A stretch of DNA of 44,772 bases, taken from positions 1-44,772 of IMG/VR virus record IMGVR_UViG_3300038393_001064; one strand, 5' to 3'. The translations under genes were made by a program, and so were the position numbers. Positions 26,625-36,000 of the stretch are shown here, piece by piece; positions within the stretch are counted from its first letter, which is position 1, and each line of letters begins with the position of its first letter. The notes under the pieces are model-generated. The model did no database searches and was not told where the DNA came from. It was given only the letters and a program-made list of their open reading frames with translations. Origin of the DNA: a virus (lineage: Duplodnaviria > Caudoviricetes).

Positions 26625-27040
26625 CCCTCGCCACCGCCATTGCGCTCGCAGTCGCCCTCGCACTGCTGCTGATCTCCTCGGCGCACGCCCACGTTGGTAA
26701 CTGCCACTCGCGTAAGTGCGACCGGCGTGTCCACGTCAAGCGCGCCGCCCGCTGGTGTCGCACCCATCCGATCTGCATCTGGCGACACCGCTGGCACGCT
26801 GAGGAACCCTCCTGGCGTGCGTGGGCACACCGCACCGAAGGCTGCGAGTCGGGCCACAACCCGAAGGCCGTAAGCGCCAGCGGCACCTACCGAGGCTCGA
26901 TGCAGTTCGACCTCCGCACTTGGCGCGAGGCCGGCGGCTGGGGCGATCCGATCTTCGCCACGATCTACGAGCAGCGCGTCAGGGCGATTGAACTTGCCAA
27001 GCGAGTGGGGACGGGCCGGTGGCCCGTGTGTGGGCACTGA
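26414..27040 (+). CDS. rpf: Resuscitation-promoting factor (Rpf) transglycosylase, exported or membrane-anchored
   Basis: CESG.N......G.Y.G.MQF...TW...GG...P..A...EQ...A......G...WPVC; hydrophobic segment ending AHA; GAGGT RBS before ATG 26414. Confidence 0.85.
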   Translation: MGNFARLVAASKADFDQSPRLPNGEGKRGQGSSSPASRPASEGQARAPKGTIPSPSGRKWVARSPRFGSQTLATAIALAVALALLLISSAHAHVGNCHSRKCDRRVHVKRAARWCRTHPICIWRHRWHAEEPSWRAWAHRTEGCESGHNPKAVSASGTYRGSMQFDLRTWREAGGWGDPIFATIYEQRVRAIELAKRVGTGRWPVCGH

Positions 27041-27336
27041 TGGGCTTCGCCGCCTCTCACGCCCAGCGCCGCAAGGTCAGCGGCCTGCCCTGCCTAGTCT
27101 GCGGCAGCGGTCCCTGCGATCCCGCTCACGTTGCCTCCCGCGCGCAAGGCGGATGCGCCGATCCCCTTTGCGTGGTGCCCCTTTGTCGTCCGCACCATCG
27201 GGCCTTCGACACGGGGAACCTTGACTTGCTGCGTCACCTTGAGCCGCGCTACCGCGCCGAGCTCGGTCACGCGATCCAGCACCTTGGCCTAGTCGGCCTT
27301 TACAGGCGAGTCACTAACGAGAGGCTCGCCGCATGA
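27040..27336 (+). CDS. HNH-like (DUF968/NinG-type) nuclease
   Basis: PCLVCG...DPAH......GG......VPLCRPHH. Confidence 0.75.
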   Translation: MGFAASHAQRRKVSGLPCLVCGSGPCDPAHVASRAQGGCADPLCVVPLCRPHHRAFDTGNLDLLRHLEPRYRAELGHAIQHLGLVGLYRRVTNERLAA

Positions 27337-27422
27337 ACGCAGCACAGCGGATCCCAGCCGCCGCATTCAGAACCACGCGAACGCGGGGCGCCCCAGGGTG
27401 CGCCCAGGAAGGGATTCCACGA

Positions 27423-28079
27423 ATGAGACACCGCAGCAAGATCACGCAGCCCGGCTTTCGCAAGGGCATCCCGTCGGCGAACAAGGGCCGTCGCTTCTAC
27501 GCCGACACACTGACGCCGACCGAGGTCATGGCCCTGGTCGAGGAGTGCAACTGCGGCGCATCCGGCCTGCGCGACCGCGCGCTGATCGTGACCCTCTACC
27601 GCACGGGCTTGCGCATCTCCGAAGCGCTCGGCCTGCGCATCCACGACATCGACCTCGAGCGCGGCACGCTGCGTGTCCGGGGCACCAAGACCCGCACGTC
27701 GGATCGCACGGTCGGCATCGACAAGATGACCGCCGCGCACCTGCGTGACTGGCTCGACGTTCGCAACACGCTCGGCATTCCGAAGACCTCGGGCCACGTC
27801 TTCTGCTGCATAAGCAGGCATGAGATCGGCAACCCGGTCAAGCCGGCGCAGACACGCCAGAAGCTCCACCGCCTCGCCGAGAAGGCTGGGATCTCGAAGC
27901 GCGTCCATCCGCACGGTCTGCGCCACACGTTTGCGTCGGAGCTTGCAGACGAGGCTGTTGACATTCGCATCGTCTCCCGCGCGCTCGGTCACTCGAACAT
28001 CGCGATCACCGACCGCTACATCTCGCACCTCAACCCGACGGCCGTCATCAGCTACATGTCGGAGCGCAAGGCCGCATGA
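27423..28079 (+). CDS. Second tyrosine recombinase, essentially catalytic domain only (alternative start 27333)
   Basis: RDRAL..LYRTGLRISEAL, K, HPHGLRHTFA, LGH, DRY. Confidence 0.9.
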   Translation: MRHRSKITQPGFRKGIPSANKGRRFYADTLTPTEVMALVEECNCGASGLRDRALIVTLYRTGLRISEALGLRIHDIDLERGTLRVRGTKTRTSDRTVGIDKMTAAHLRDWLDVRNTLGIPKTSGHVFCCISRHEIGNPVKPAQTRQKLHRLAEKAGISKRVHPHGLRHTFASELADEAVDIRIVSRALGHSNIAITDRYISHLNPTAVISYMSERKAA

Positions 28080-28704
28080 ACCGCTACCCCGGCTCATGGA
28101 TCTTCGCCGCGTGTCTCTGGCCGTGGTACCTCGCCGCAAGCACCTGGAAGGCAATCGCTGAAGCACTGGTTGACGCGGCGGGAGGGGACCGATGAGCGAC
28201 GGCATGAACCGCCACCTGCGCCGCCTCGCCGACCGCCGCTACCAGCGCATGCGGATCTACGAGCGCACGCTGCTGCGCATCCGCCAGTCGCCGACCGCCA
28301 CGGCACGCGAGCTGCGCGACATGGCACGGCGCGGCTTGGAGGAGGCCAGCCGATGAGGGCAGGGAGCACGACCCACGCGATCTGGTGCATGAACTGGTGC
28401 CTGAGCTACGGCCACGCCTGGACGTGGTACGGCACGAGCAGCGTCAGCCAGCCCGTAGGTGCTGTCTGTACGCGATGCGGAGCGGAGCGGAAATGACGGA
28501 CCCAATCGAAGCCCTGGCTGACGAGAACTACCAGCTGCGTAAGGCGCTTGAAGAGATCGCGACCCGTCCCACGGTTGAGCGCAATCCCGATGGCGTGGAT
28601 CAGGCGGCGTGGACGATGCAACTGATCGCCCGCGAGGCGCTACGCGATAAGGACGAGACGTAGTGGCGCTCTTGGAAGACATCGAGCGGGATTTCGCCGC
28701 ATGA
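28076..28704 (+). other. Run of five tiny coupled ORFs (28076-28195, 28192-28356, 28353-28496, 28493-28663, 28663-28704)
   Basis: Consecutive stop/start overlaps, most with GGAG-type RBS. Confidence 0.55.
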
Positions 28705-29354
28705 GCAACTTGACTCCCTACTACCGCGACGACTACGTGACGATCTGGCACGCGGACTGTCGCGATCTGCTGTCCAGCATCCGCGCCGAGTTCCTGGTCA
28801 CTGACCCGCCCTACGGCATCGGGTGGAAGCGTGGCTCGAACCCCGCTCGTGCGTCGAAGCCCCACGCCGGGATCGCCAATGATGAGGACACCAGCGTGCG
28901 CGACGAGGTGTTGGGACGGTGGAACGGACCAGCGGTCGTGTTCGGTTCCCTCGCGGCTCCACGGCCCGCAGGAACGGTCCAGACGCTGATCTGGCACAAG
29001 CCCCCGGACTCCGGCGTCGTCGGGTCCGTGACGGGCTTCAGGCGCGACGTGGAGGCCATCTACCTGTGCGGCAAGTTCCCACAGCGCACGGTTCAGTGGT
29101 CAAGCGTCCTTCAGGCTTCACGACCGGACCGCGACACGGGGCACCCGCACGCGAAGCCGGTGGACCTGATGACGCGGCTCATCGCGCTAGCTCCGGGGAT
29201 CGTCCTCGACCCATTCATGGGGTCCGGGTCCACGCTGGTCGCGGCGAAGCTGATCGGGCGTCAAGCGGTCGGCATCGAACTGGAGGAGGCGTACTGCGAA
29301 ATGGCCGCCTCCCGCTGCGCCCAGGAAGTCCTCGACCTAGGAGAAGCCGCCTGA
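28701..29354 (+). CDS. Orphan N6-adenine/N4-cytosine DNA methyltransferase (beta class)
   Basis: TDPPY, HPHAKP, LDPFMGSGST, GIELEEAY. Confidence 0.93.
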   Translation: MSNLTPYYRDDYVTIWHADCRDLLSSIRAEFLVTDPPYGIGWKRGSNPARASKPHAGIANDEDTSVRDEVLGRWNGPAVVFGSLAAPRPAGTVQTLIWHKPPDSGVVGSVTGFRRDVEAIYLCGKFPQRTVQWSSVLQASRPDRDTGHPHAKPVDLMTRLIALAPGIVLDPFMGSGSTLVAAKLIGRQAVGIELEEAYCEMAASRCAQEVLDLGEAA

Positions 29355-29575
29355 TGTCAACCAAAAGAGAGCTAATCGCCCGCGCCCTCTATGAGGATGA
29401 GTGGGAGGTTCGAGAAGCAAAGCACCGCCACGCCGTCGATCTGGAGCCCCCTCCGCCGTGGCCCGATTTACCTGACTGGCTGAACGCCGACGCTTACCGC
29501 CGCAAGGCCGACGCAGTAATCGAAGCGATCCGCGACGAGGGCTACGTCATTACCGAGCGGAGGAACGTGCGATGA
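29354..29575 (+). CDS. Hypothetical protein
   Basis: AGGAG RBS; coupled. Confidence 0.6.
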   Translation: MSTKRELIARALYEDEWEVREAKHRHAVDLEPPPPWPDLPDWLNADAYRRKADAVIEAIRDEGYVITERRNVR

Positions 29576-29751
29576 CCAAGAGTAAGCCGCGTTGCCCGAC
29601 ATGCCTCAGCAGCAGCCCATGGTTCACCCGCTGCCAGGACTCGTCGGCGCTCACACCCGAGCAGAAGGCGCAGCACGACCGCGTAAGCCACCGTCGCGGC
29701 TGCGCTGACCCGTTCCACAGACGGACGTTGAACGGAGGGCACGTTGGCTAG
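29572..29751 (+). CDS. Small Cys/His protein (59 aa)
   Basis: CPTC...C.DPFH; ATGA-coupled. Confidence 0.5.
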   Translation: MTKSKPRCPTCLSSSPWFTRCQDSSALTPEQKAQHDRVSHRRGCADPFHRRTLNGGHVG

Positions 29752-29909
29752 CGCCCGCGTCTTCGAGGGCGACTGCATCGATGGCCTTCAAAGGCTCGCC
29801 ACTCAGACCGTCCAGACGTGCATCACGAGAGGACATCAGCCGCGAAGAGGCCGAGGCCCGCATGGACGAACTACTGGCCCTCGAACACCGTCAGTTGGAG
29901 CTCACATGA
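29744..29909 (+). pseudogene. Remnant of a second DNA methyltransferase joined to the tail of another gene
   Basis: ARVFEGDCIDGLQRLATQTVQTCIT breaks off where SPPY is expected; another frame reads ISREEAEARMDELLALEHRQLELT-stop. Confidence 0.65.
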
Positions 29910-30358
29910 ATTCGCAACAGAAAAAGCTGACCCTCGTCAAGCGCGACGCCCCGAAGTTCGTCCCGCAGTCCGAACGAGTCCCATACGGCGTTAAGGGCGT
30001 GGTGCAGAACGTCTTGTGCAGCGACTTCGGCATCGCCGAGCACGAGGCCCTATCGAACGCGATCTGCAACGCCATCGCACCGTACTTCAAGGAACCGCAC
30101 ATTCCAGGCTGCACCGCTGTCTCGCACTTCGGGGACCGCGAGGTCCGTTGTGGGTCCTACGAGGGGCATGAGGGGGCGCACTTCTTCTGGATGCAGTGGA
30201 ACGGCGATAACAAGCCTGAGCGGTTCGAGATTCGCGTCTGCCCGGAGTGCCGCGCTGAGTGTCACTACCAAGTTGACCGCAAGCGGTGGTCGTGCGGTGA
30301 CGAGTCTCATGCGGGCATGGAGGTCTGGAACGTGGTCGCAGAGGAGCGGGTTCTGTGA
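29906..30358 (+). CDS. Hypothetical Cys/His-rich protein
   Basis: GGAG RBS before ATG 29906. Confidence 0.55.
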   Translation: MNSQQKKLTLVKRDAPKFVPQSERVPYGVKGVVQNVLCSDFGIAEHEALSNAICNAIAPYFKEPHIPGCTAVSHFGDREVRCGSYEGHEGAHFFWMQWNGDNKPERFEIRVCPECRAECHYQVDRKRWSCGDESHAGMEVWNVVAEERVL

Positions 30359-30612
30359 CGCTCCCGACACGAATCGACTGGAATGACCGGCGCGTCCACG
30401 CTCGCACGCCTGCGGGGAACGAGGTCGTCCGGTACGACCGCGCAGGCAAGTGGTACGTCGAGAGCGCAGACCTGCCCCGCGAGAAGCTGACCATCGACCA
30501 AGCCGTGCAGATGGCGCTGGCTCCGGGGACGACGATCAACTTCGGCCTGTCGGGTGGTTCTCGCTTCGATGCGCTCGTGCGGGGCTACCTGCCCGAAGGA
30601 AGGTCATCTTGA
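30355..30612 (+). CDS. Hypothetical protein
   Basis: GAGGAG RBS; coupled. Confidence 0.65.
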   Translation: MTLPTRIDWNDRRVHARTPAGNEVVRYDRAGKWYVESADLPREKLTIDQAVQMALAPGTTINFGLSGGSRFDALVRGYLPEGRSS

Positions 30613-31166
30613 GCCAATTCGTGCCGCCATCCGTCCGCTACGGAAACCGTCGCGTGAGATTCGCGTGGTGGGTCGGCACCCAGCGGGAGGCGTTGGCCCT
30701 TCGGCTCGCACCGTGGCTTCGTGGAACCGCAGAGGCGCGGCAATGCGATCCGGCCCTTCACTGTGACGGGCGGTGCAACTGCTTCGTCCCTACGGGCGAG
30801 GCGGCGATGCGGCTGCAAACCTTGGAGTCGGGAATCGCGTCGGAGGGCGGCCCAGCTAACCCTCGTGATCTAGTCGCGGCCGCGCCCGGCTCCAAGTCAC
30901 GTAAGAAGCCGCCCTGTGGCGATTGCGCCTCCCTGACGCGCAAAGACCTGTCTGAGGCCCTACACCGGGCGCTGACGGACCTAGCGACCGCTGAAGGCGA
31001 AGCGGAGCGGCTACGCCGTTACATCGACTCGATTCCCTACTCCGATGAGTGGGAGGCCGCTCAGCGCGAGTTTAAGTGGGCTATCGCCTTTATCGAGGAT
31101 CGAGGGCTGCTCGATGACTATGACCGTTCGCTGGTTGAGAGAGCTAGGGCGGAGGGGCGGGGGTGA
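30609..31166 (+). CDS. Hypothetical, apparently mosaic protein
   Basis: TTGA/GTGA coupling. Confidence 0.5.
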   Translation: MSQFVPPSVRYGNRRVRFAWWVGTQREALALRLAPWLRGTAEARQCDPALHCDGRCNCFVPTGEAAMRLQTLESGIASEGGPANPRDLVAAAPGSKSRKKPPCGDCASLTRKDLSEALHRALTDLATAEGEAERLRRYIDSIPYSDEWEAAQREFKWAIAFIEDRGLLDDYDRSLVERARAEGRG

Positions 31167-31897
31167 CCTCGCACCCGCAACAGCTTCGTCTCGTCGTCTG
31201 GACGGGTTCCCAAAATGGCTGGGTGAGCCAGGTAGAGGTCACGACGCCCGCGTTCGACCGCACCCAGTACGCAGTAGGCGAACTGGACAAGCAGACGGCG
31301 AACGAGCTAGTCGTCCGGCACCACTACCTGCACCGCAAGCCGCAAACGAGCCACGCCTTCGGCCTGTTCTCGCACGGCGAAGTAGTTGGAGCGGTGACGT
31401 TCGGCCCACCGGCCAGCCGTCACTTGCAGATGTCGGCCTGCCCCTCGGAGCCCGATAGCGTCAGCGAACTCAACCGGCTCTGGGTGGCGGACGAGTGCCC
31501 CCGCAACAGCGAGTCCTTCTTCGTTGCCCACGCACTCAAGCTCCTGCCCCCGCTGGTCGTCGTGTCGTACGCAGACACGGCCTGGGGGCACTTCGGCTAC
31601 ATCTACCGGGCGCTCGGGTTCCGATACGCCGGGTGGACCGACATGGAGCGCAGCAAGCCGCGCTACGACTACATCGCCCCCGATAACAAGCACACTCGGG
31701 ATTCGTTCCGGGGCGGCGAGGCTCGCTGGACCCACCGCGTTCGACGTAAGCCCAAGGCGAAGTATTGGACCGTCACGGGCGACCGCCGCGAGCGCAGGGA
31801 TCTCGAGCGGATTGTGGGCTGGCCGTCGCTCGACTGGCACGACTACCCCGTGCCTACCGAACACGTCCAGCTACGGCTCGCAAAAAAGGCCGCGTGA
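31163..31897 (+). CDS. mom: Mom-family (GNAT-fold) DNA adenine-modification enzyme
   Basis: HHYLH, ELNRLW...PRNSESFF, VVSYAD...GH.GYIYRA.GF.Y.G. Confidence 0.75.
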   Translation: MTSHPQQLRLVVWTGSQNGWVSQVEVTTPAFDRTQYAVGELDKQTANELVVRHHYLHRKPQTSHAFGLFSHGEVVGAVTFGPPASRHLQMSACPSEPDSVSELNRLWVADECPRNSESFFVAHALKLLPPLVVVSYADTAWGHFGYIYRALGFRYAGWTDMERSKPRYDYIAPDNKHTRDSFRGGEARWTHRVRRKPKAKYWTVTGDRRERRDLERIVGWPSLDWHDYPVPTEHVQLRLAKKAA

Positions 31898-32228
31898 CTG
31901 GGATCACCGGACCGTTCCCAGCCTTCTATCAGGGCTACGGCGTTCCGTTCGACGGCATGGACGACGACGAGCGCACGAAGCGCAAACCGCGCCGCAAGCG
32001 CCCGGCGTCCAAGCGGACCCGCACACGGAGGAAGTCGTGACGAATCCGGATCTAAGCGAGCGCACTCGCTGCGAGGGCTGCGGCGCGGTCACAAGGCTTG
32101 AGAGTGGCTACTGCCGTGCCTGTTGGGGCGGGCGCCTCACCAACTCCTGCACCTGCCACGTCTCGGAACCCGACGAGTTCGGAAACCGCGACCTGATCGA
32201 AGCGCCGGACTGTCCACTCCATGGATAA
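31894..32228 (+). other. Two tiny coupled ORFs (31894-32040, 32037-32228)
   Basis: GTGA overlaps; the second has CxxC pairs and ends CPLHG. Confidence 0.45.
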
Positions 32229-32245
32229 AACTTTGCATAGATCCC

Positions 32246-32274
32246 TTGACAATGCATAGAGGGCTATGCATAAT
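32246..32274 (+). promoter_or_regulatory. Near-consensus sigma70-type promoter with palindromic operator
   Basis: TTGACA-17 nt-CATAAT; ATGCATAG-AGGG-CTATGCAT in the spacer; ATG 6 nt after the -10. Confidence 0.88.
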
Positions 32275-32280
32275 GAACCT

Positions 32281-32773
32281 ATGAGCATCAAGACCACAGA
32301 GCGGAACACATGGAAGGTCGAGGGCGAGCTGTTCGGCCAGACCACCACCGTCTTCGAGAGCGCCGACATCTTCGAGTGCATCGCGTGGGTGCAGGAGAAC
32401 GACCGATGACCAGCCTCAACGTCTTTAGCGCCGTTACCTACGTGATCCGCGCCGACGACAACCTCCCGGCGCTCGCGAGCCTCAGCACGCTTGCTGAAGT
32501 CCGCGCCTGGGGACGTGAGCGCGGCCTCGTCCTCCGCCGTATCGCTCCTGGCGATGTCGGTCTGTGTCACCGACTCGATCCACGTCGATGAGCGCAACGT
32601 GCCCTCATTGCGGTCGCACGTATACGGGCGGGTCGGCGCTCCGCCTCGCCCGGTCGTGCGCCGATGCTTGCCGACCAGGTCGAGAACGCGGGGAATCGTA
32701 TGTGGCGCTCTGGAACGCCACGGGTGACCAGTGGGTCAGGCTGTATCGACGTCTGAGACGGGACAATCGGTGA
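32281..32773 (+). other. Three small coupled ORFs (32281-32409, 32406-32591, 32588-32773)
   Basis: First is leaderless from the promoter; ATGA overlaps. Confidence 0.65.
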
Positions 32774-32959
32774 GTGACCGTGGAAGAACTGAAGAAGGCA
32801 GAGGCGCGGTATCGGCGCGCATACAGCCGTGCGGAGGAAGCACGCGAAGCCCGCAACGAGGCCGTGAGAAAGGCGCTGGCAGAGGGCTGGACGCATCAGG
32901 CGATCAGCGACGCAACCGGCCTAACGCGTGGTCGGATCAACCAGCTCCGGGAGAAGTAA
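32774..32959 (+). CDS. Small HTH regulator
   Basis: GWTHQAISDATGLTRGRINQL. Confidence 0.8.
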   Translation: MTVEELKKAEARYRRAYSRAEEAREARNEAVRKALAEGWTHQAISDATGLTRGRINQLREK

Positions 32960-33006
32960 AGGCGGAACGGATGAGGGAAAGCCAAATGTTTCAGGAGGAG
33001 GCGGGT

Positions 33007-36000
33007 ATGGCTGAGAGAACGGCCACACGAGAGGACGTCGCAGCAACCTTGCGCCGGATCGCCGATCGCTTGGAACGGGACGATACGGCTGAACTGGAGG
33101 GGGAGATCACGCTGATTAGAACCGTGCCGCCGACGCAAGAGTCGATCAAGCGATGGGCTGCTGCGGGCCACGCGTGGCCGGAACCAGCGCCTCAGAAGAC
33201 GAGGTTCACGCTTCATCTCGGCAACGGCGCGTTCTCCCAGCAGAAGCGATGACATCGATTACCCCCGAACACCGCGCGGAAATAGTCGATGAGGTCCTCG
33301 CCGCGCTTGGCCTTGGTGACTTCGACGCGGCTGTAGAGCGCGGAGCACGGGCGTTCCGCAACGAGAGCGCGAACCCCGGCATCCTTGCGTGGGACCGCAA
33401 GACAGCACGCACTGTCCTAGAGGCGGCACTCTTTGCTGGCAATCGCGCATTCGGATCGCAGCACACCGACCCGCGCTATGTGGTGCTCAAGGCCAAGCGC
33501 GGCGCCGCATTGGAGGAGAAGTAAGCATGGAAAGGATGACGAACGAGCGACCTCGCGGTAGCGATATTGACCACATCGTTGCCCTGCCCGTGACGCACGA
33601 GAACTTCGTGCGGTTGATCTTCGCGCTGCACAACGGGCGCAACCAAGACGGCAAGCGTTTTCGCAGCGAGTATCGCTGGGGCAAGGTTGTCAATTACGCC
33701 CGCGAACTCACACACTTGACTACGACAAGCTTGGGGGACGGGGACACCGCCATCGCCGGGGAACCGGCCGAGCGTTCCAATGGGGCGCTTGGGGAGTACG
33801 AAGGGCCGTCCTCGTCCCCCGAGGTAGCCTGGACCGAGGTCGGCTGGACCGCTGAGGAGTACGCGAAATGCCCGGAGGTTATCGACCGCCTTCACACGCG
33901 CATCCTCGACCTACAAGACGCCCTAGACCGCGCGCAGCAGCACCTTGACGAGGTGTTGTACAAGCGAATGGTCAAGCTCAGCGAGGCCACCAAGGTCGAT
34001 CTAGCGGACCCGTCCGTCGAGGTCGTGGATGACATCGGGCTTGCCGCTCGCTTGGCTACGGAAGGAGGCGAGCGTGCCGACTGAAGAGGAGACGTACTTT
34101 GCGGAGCGCAACCGGAGGCTGTTGGCCGCTAATATCAACCTGAAAGCCCGCGCCGACGCGGCCGGAGCCCGCGTAGCCAAGCTCGAGGCGCTGATCCGCG
34201 ACGTGAACTGGCTGCTGACGCATGTGGTGTTCGCGGACACGTTCGGCCCCGACGACTACGAGCGGGCATGCGAGATCGACTACCGCGTGCGCGCCGCGTC
34301 GGGTGAGTTCTCGCCCGTTACGAAGGGGAACCATGCCAACTAAGGCCACGTTCTACTGCGACGGTCCAGACTGCGAACGCCATGGCGGCGCTATGGATGG
34401 CCGTCAGGCGCTTCCTCCGGGCTTCCTGCGGGTCGAGTGGGGCGATCAGGACCGGGACGACCGGCTCATCTTCTGCACCTGGGATTGCGTCCTGAAATAC
34501 GGCGCGAAGTTCCCGCCGACCGAAGTAATCCCGCTGTACGACGAGCAGGACGACGAGAGGGGAGAGCAAGTTGACTAGTGAACTTCGAGAGTTGTCCATC
34601 GGTGAGCGCGTCGTCGTCACCGAGCCGGGGTGGTCCCAAGGTGCTCACGGCGTTGTCGTGAAGCACATCGAAGCGAGGCCGGAAGACCGGGTGTACACCA
34701 GTGGTGACTGGTACACGATCGAACTCGATGAGCCGTGGTTCAACGGAGCTACGCCTGACGGGTCGCGTAAGGCCGCTGTGCAGCCGTGGCACGTCGAGCC
34801 GCTGCCCAATGAGGAGTTCGAGCGGTTCGAAGACCTGACGCGAAAGCTGGTCAACCCCGATGGCTGAGCGGGAAGCGTGGTGTCGGGTGTCCCCGTCGCC
34901 GTGATTCGCAGGTACGCATGGGAGCGGGGCCGCGTCTCGTATGACGGCACCAACCGCCGACTGAACGAACTGATCGAGCAGGGGCTAGCGATCAAGCCGA
35001 AGCGGGGCTACTACCTGCCGATCAACACGCTTCCCGATGGTTCCAAGCGGGAGTCCTGATGGGCGTTCGAGTCATCCTTAGCTGCGGCGGCTGCGATGCC
35101 ACCGCCGAGGGCACACAGCCGATCCGTAGACGCTTTCACGGCACTCACGGTGACTGGGGGCTGGGGCGCTATCTCACCGACCCGATCACCGACGCAGCGC
35201 CCGAAGGCTGGGTCATGTTCGACCCGTACACCCAGGCGACCTACTGCCCGGACTGCTGGGCGCAGATCGACCCGGACAACGTCCCCGATTCCAGTCAAGA
35301 AACCGAGGCGATCCCGCATGGCTGCTGACGAAACGCCGGAACCGATCAGCTTCAAATCAGACCCGAACATGCCGCACTTCACGGTCGTGACTGCGCAAGC
35401 GGAAACCGTATGGGACCCGACCGTGCTGGAGGAGCACCTGCTCGGCGGCCCTCGCAGCGATGCTGATTGGGCGAATGCGACCGTCACGCTCAAGGTGCCG
35501 ATTCACGGGACCGCGCAGACGACCGTGCAGGAAGTCGATGTGCCGATTCAGGTGCTCGCGGCCCTGATTAAGAAGGCACTCTGGACAGACGTCATCAAGG
35601 TTGGAGAGTCGGGTCGATGAGCCAGCCCGACAACCAGCCAGACCAAACCCAAACGCTCGAAGCTGAACTGGCCGAATACGACTGGTGTGTGAATTGCGGC
35701 GAGCTGGCGCGTGTTTGTGACCTTAACCCGCACGGCTGCCAGACACAGCCGTGTGTCCACGAGGCCGACGAGTGAAGTCGTTGAGACAGCGCACCTATTA
35801 CGTCGTGCGGATCGTCCTGAACGACGGGACAAGGACGGCCACCGAGGAGCGCCTGTTGTACGGCCCGTTCGTCTGTGACGAGGCCGAGGGCCTGCGCATA
35901 GCCGAGAACGCGGCGAGACACGCGCTGCGCTTTGTGGAGCACGCGAGGGTTATCGGAGCGGAGGCACTGGATGGATAGGGCACCGTGGGCCGCGTGGCTG

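Noticed and set aside
34805-34867. EEFERFEDLTRKLVN tail reminiscent of small ORFs near IS elements
   Set aside because: No transposase, terminal repeats or target duplication visible.
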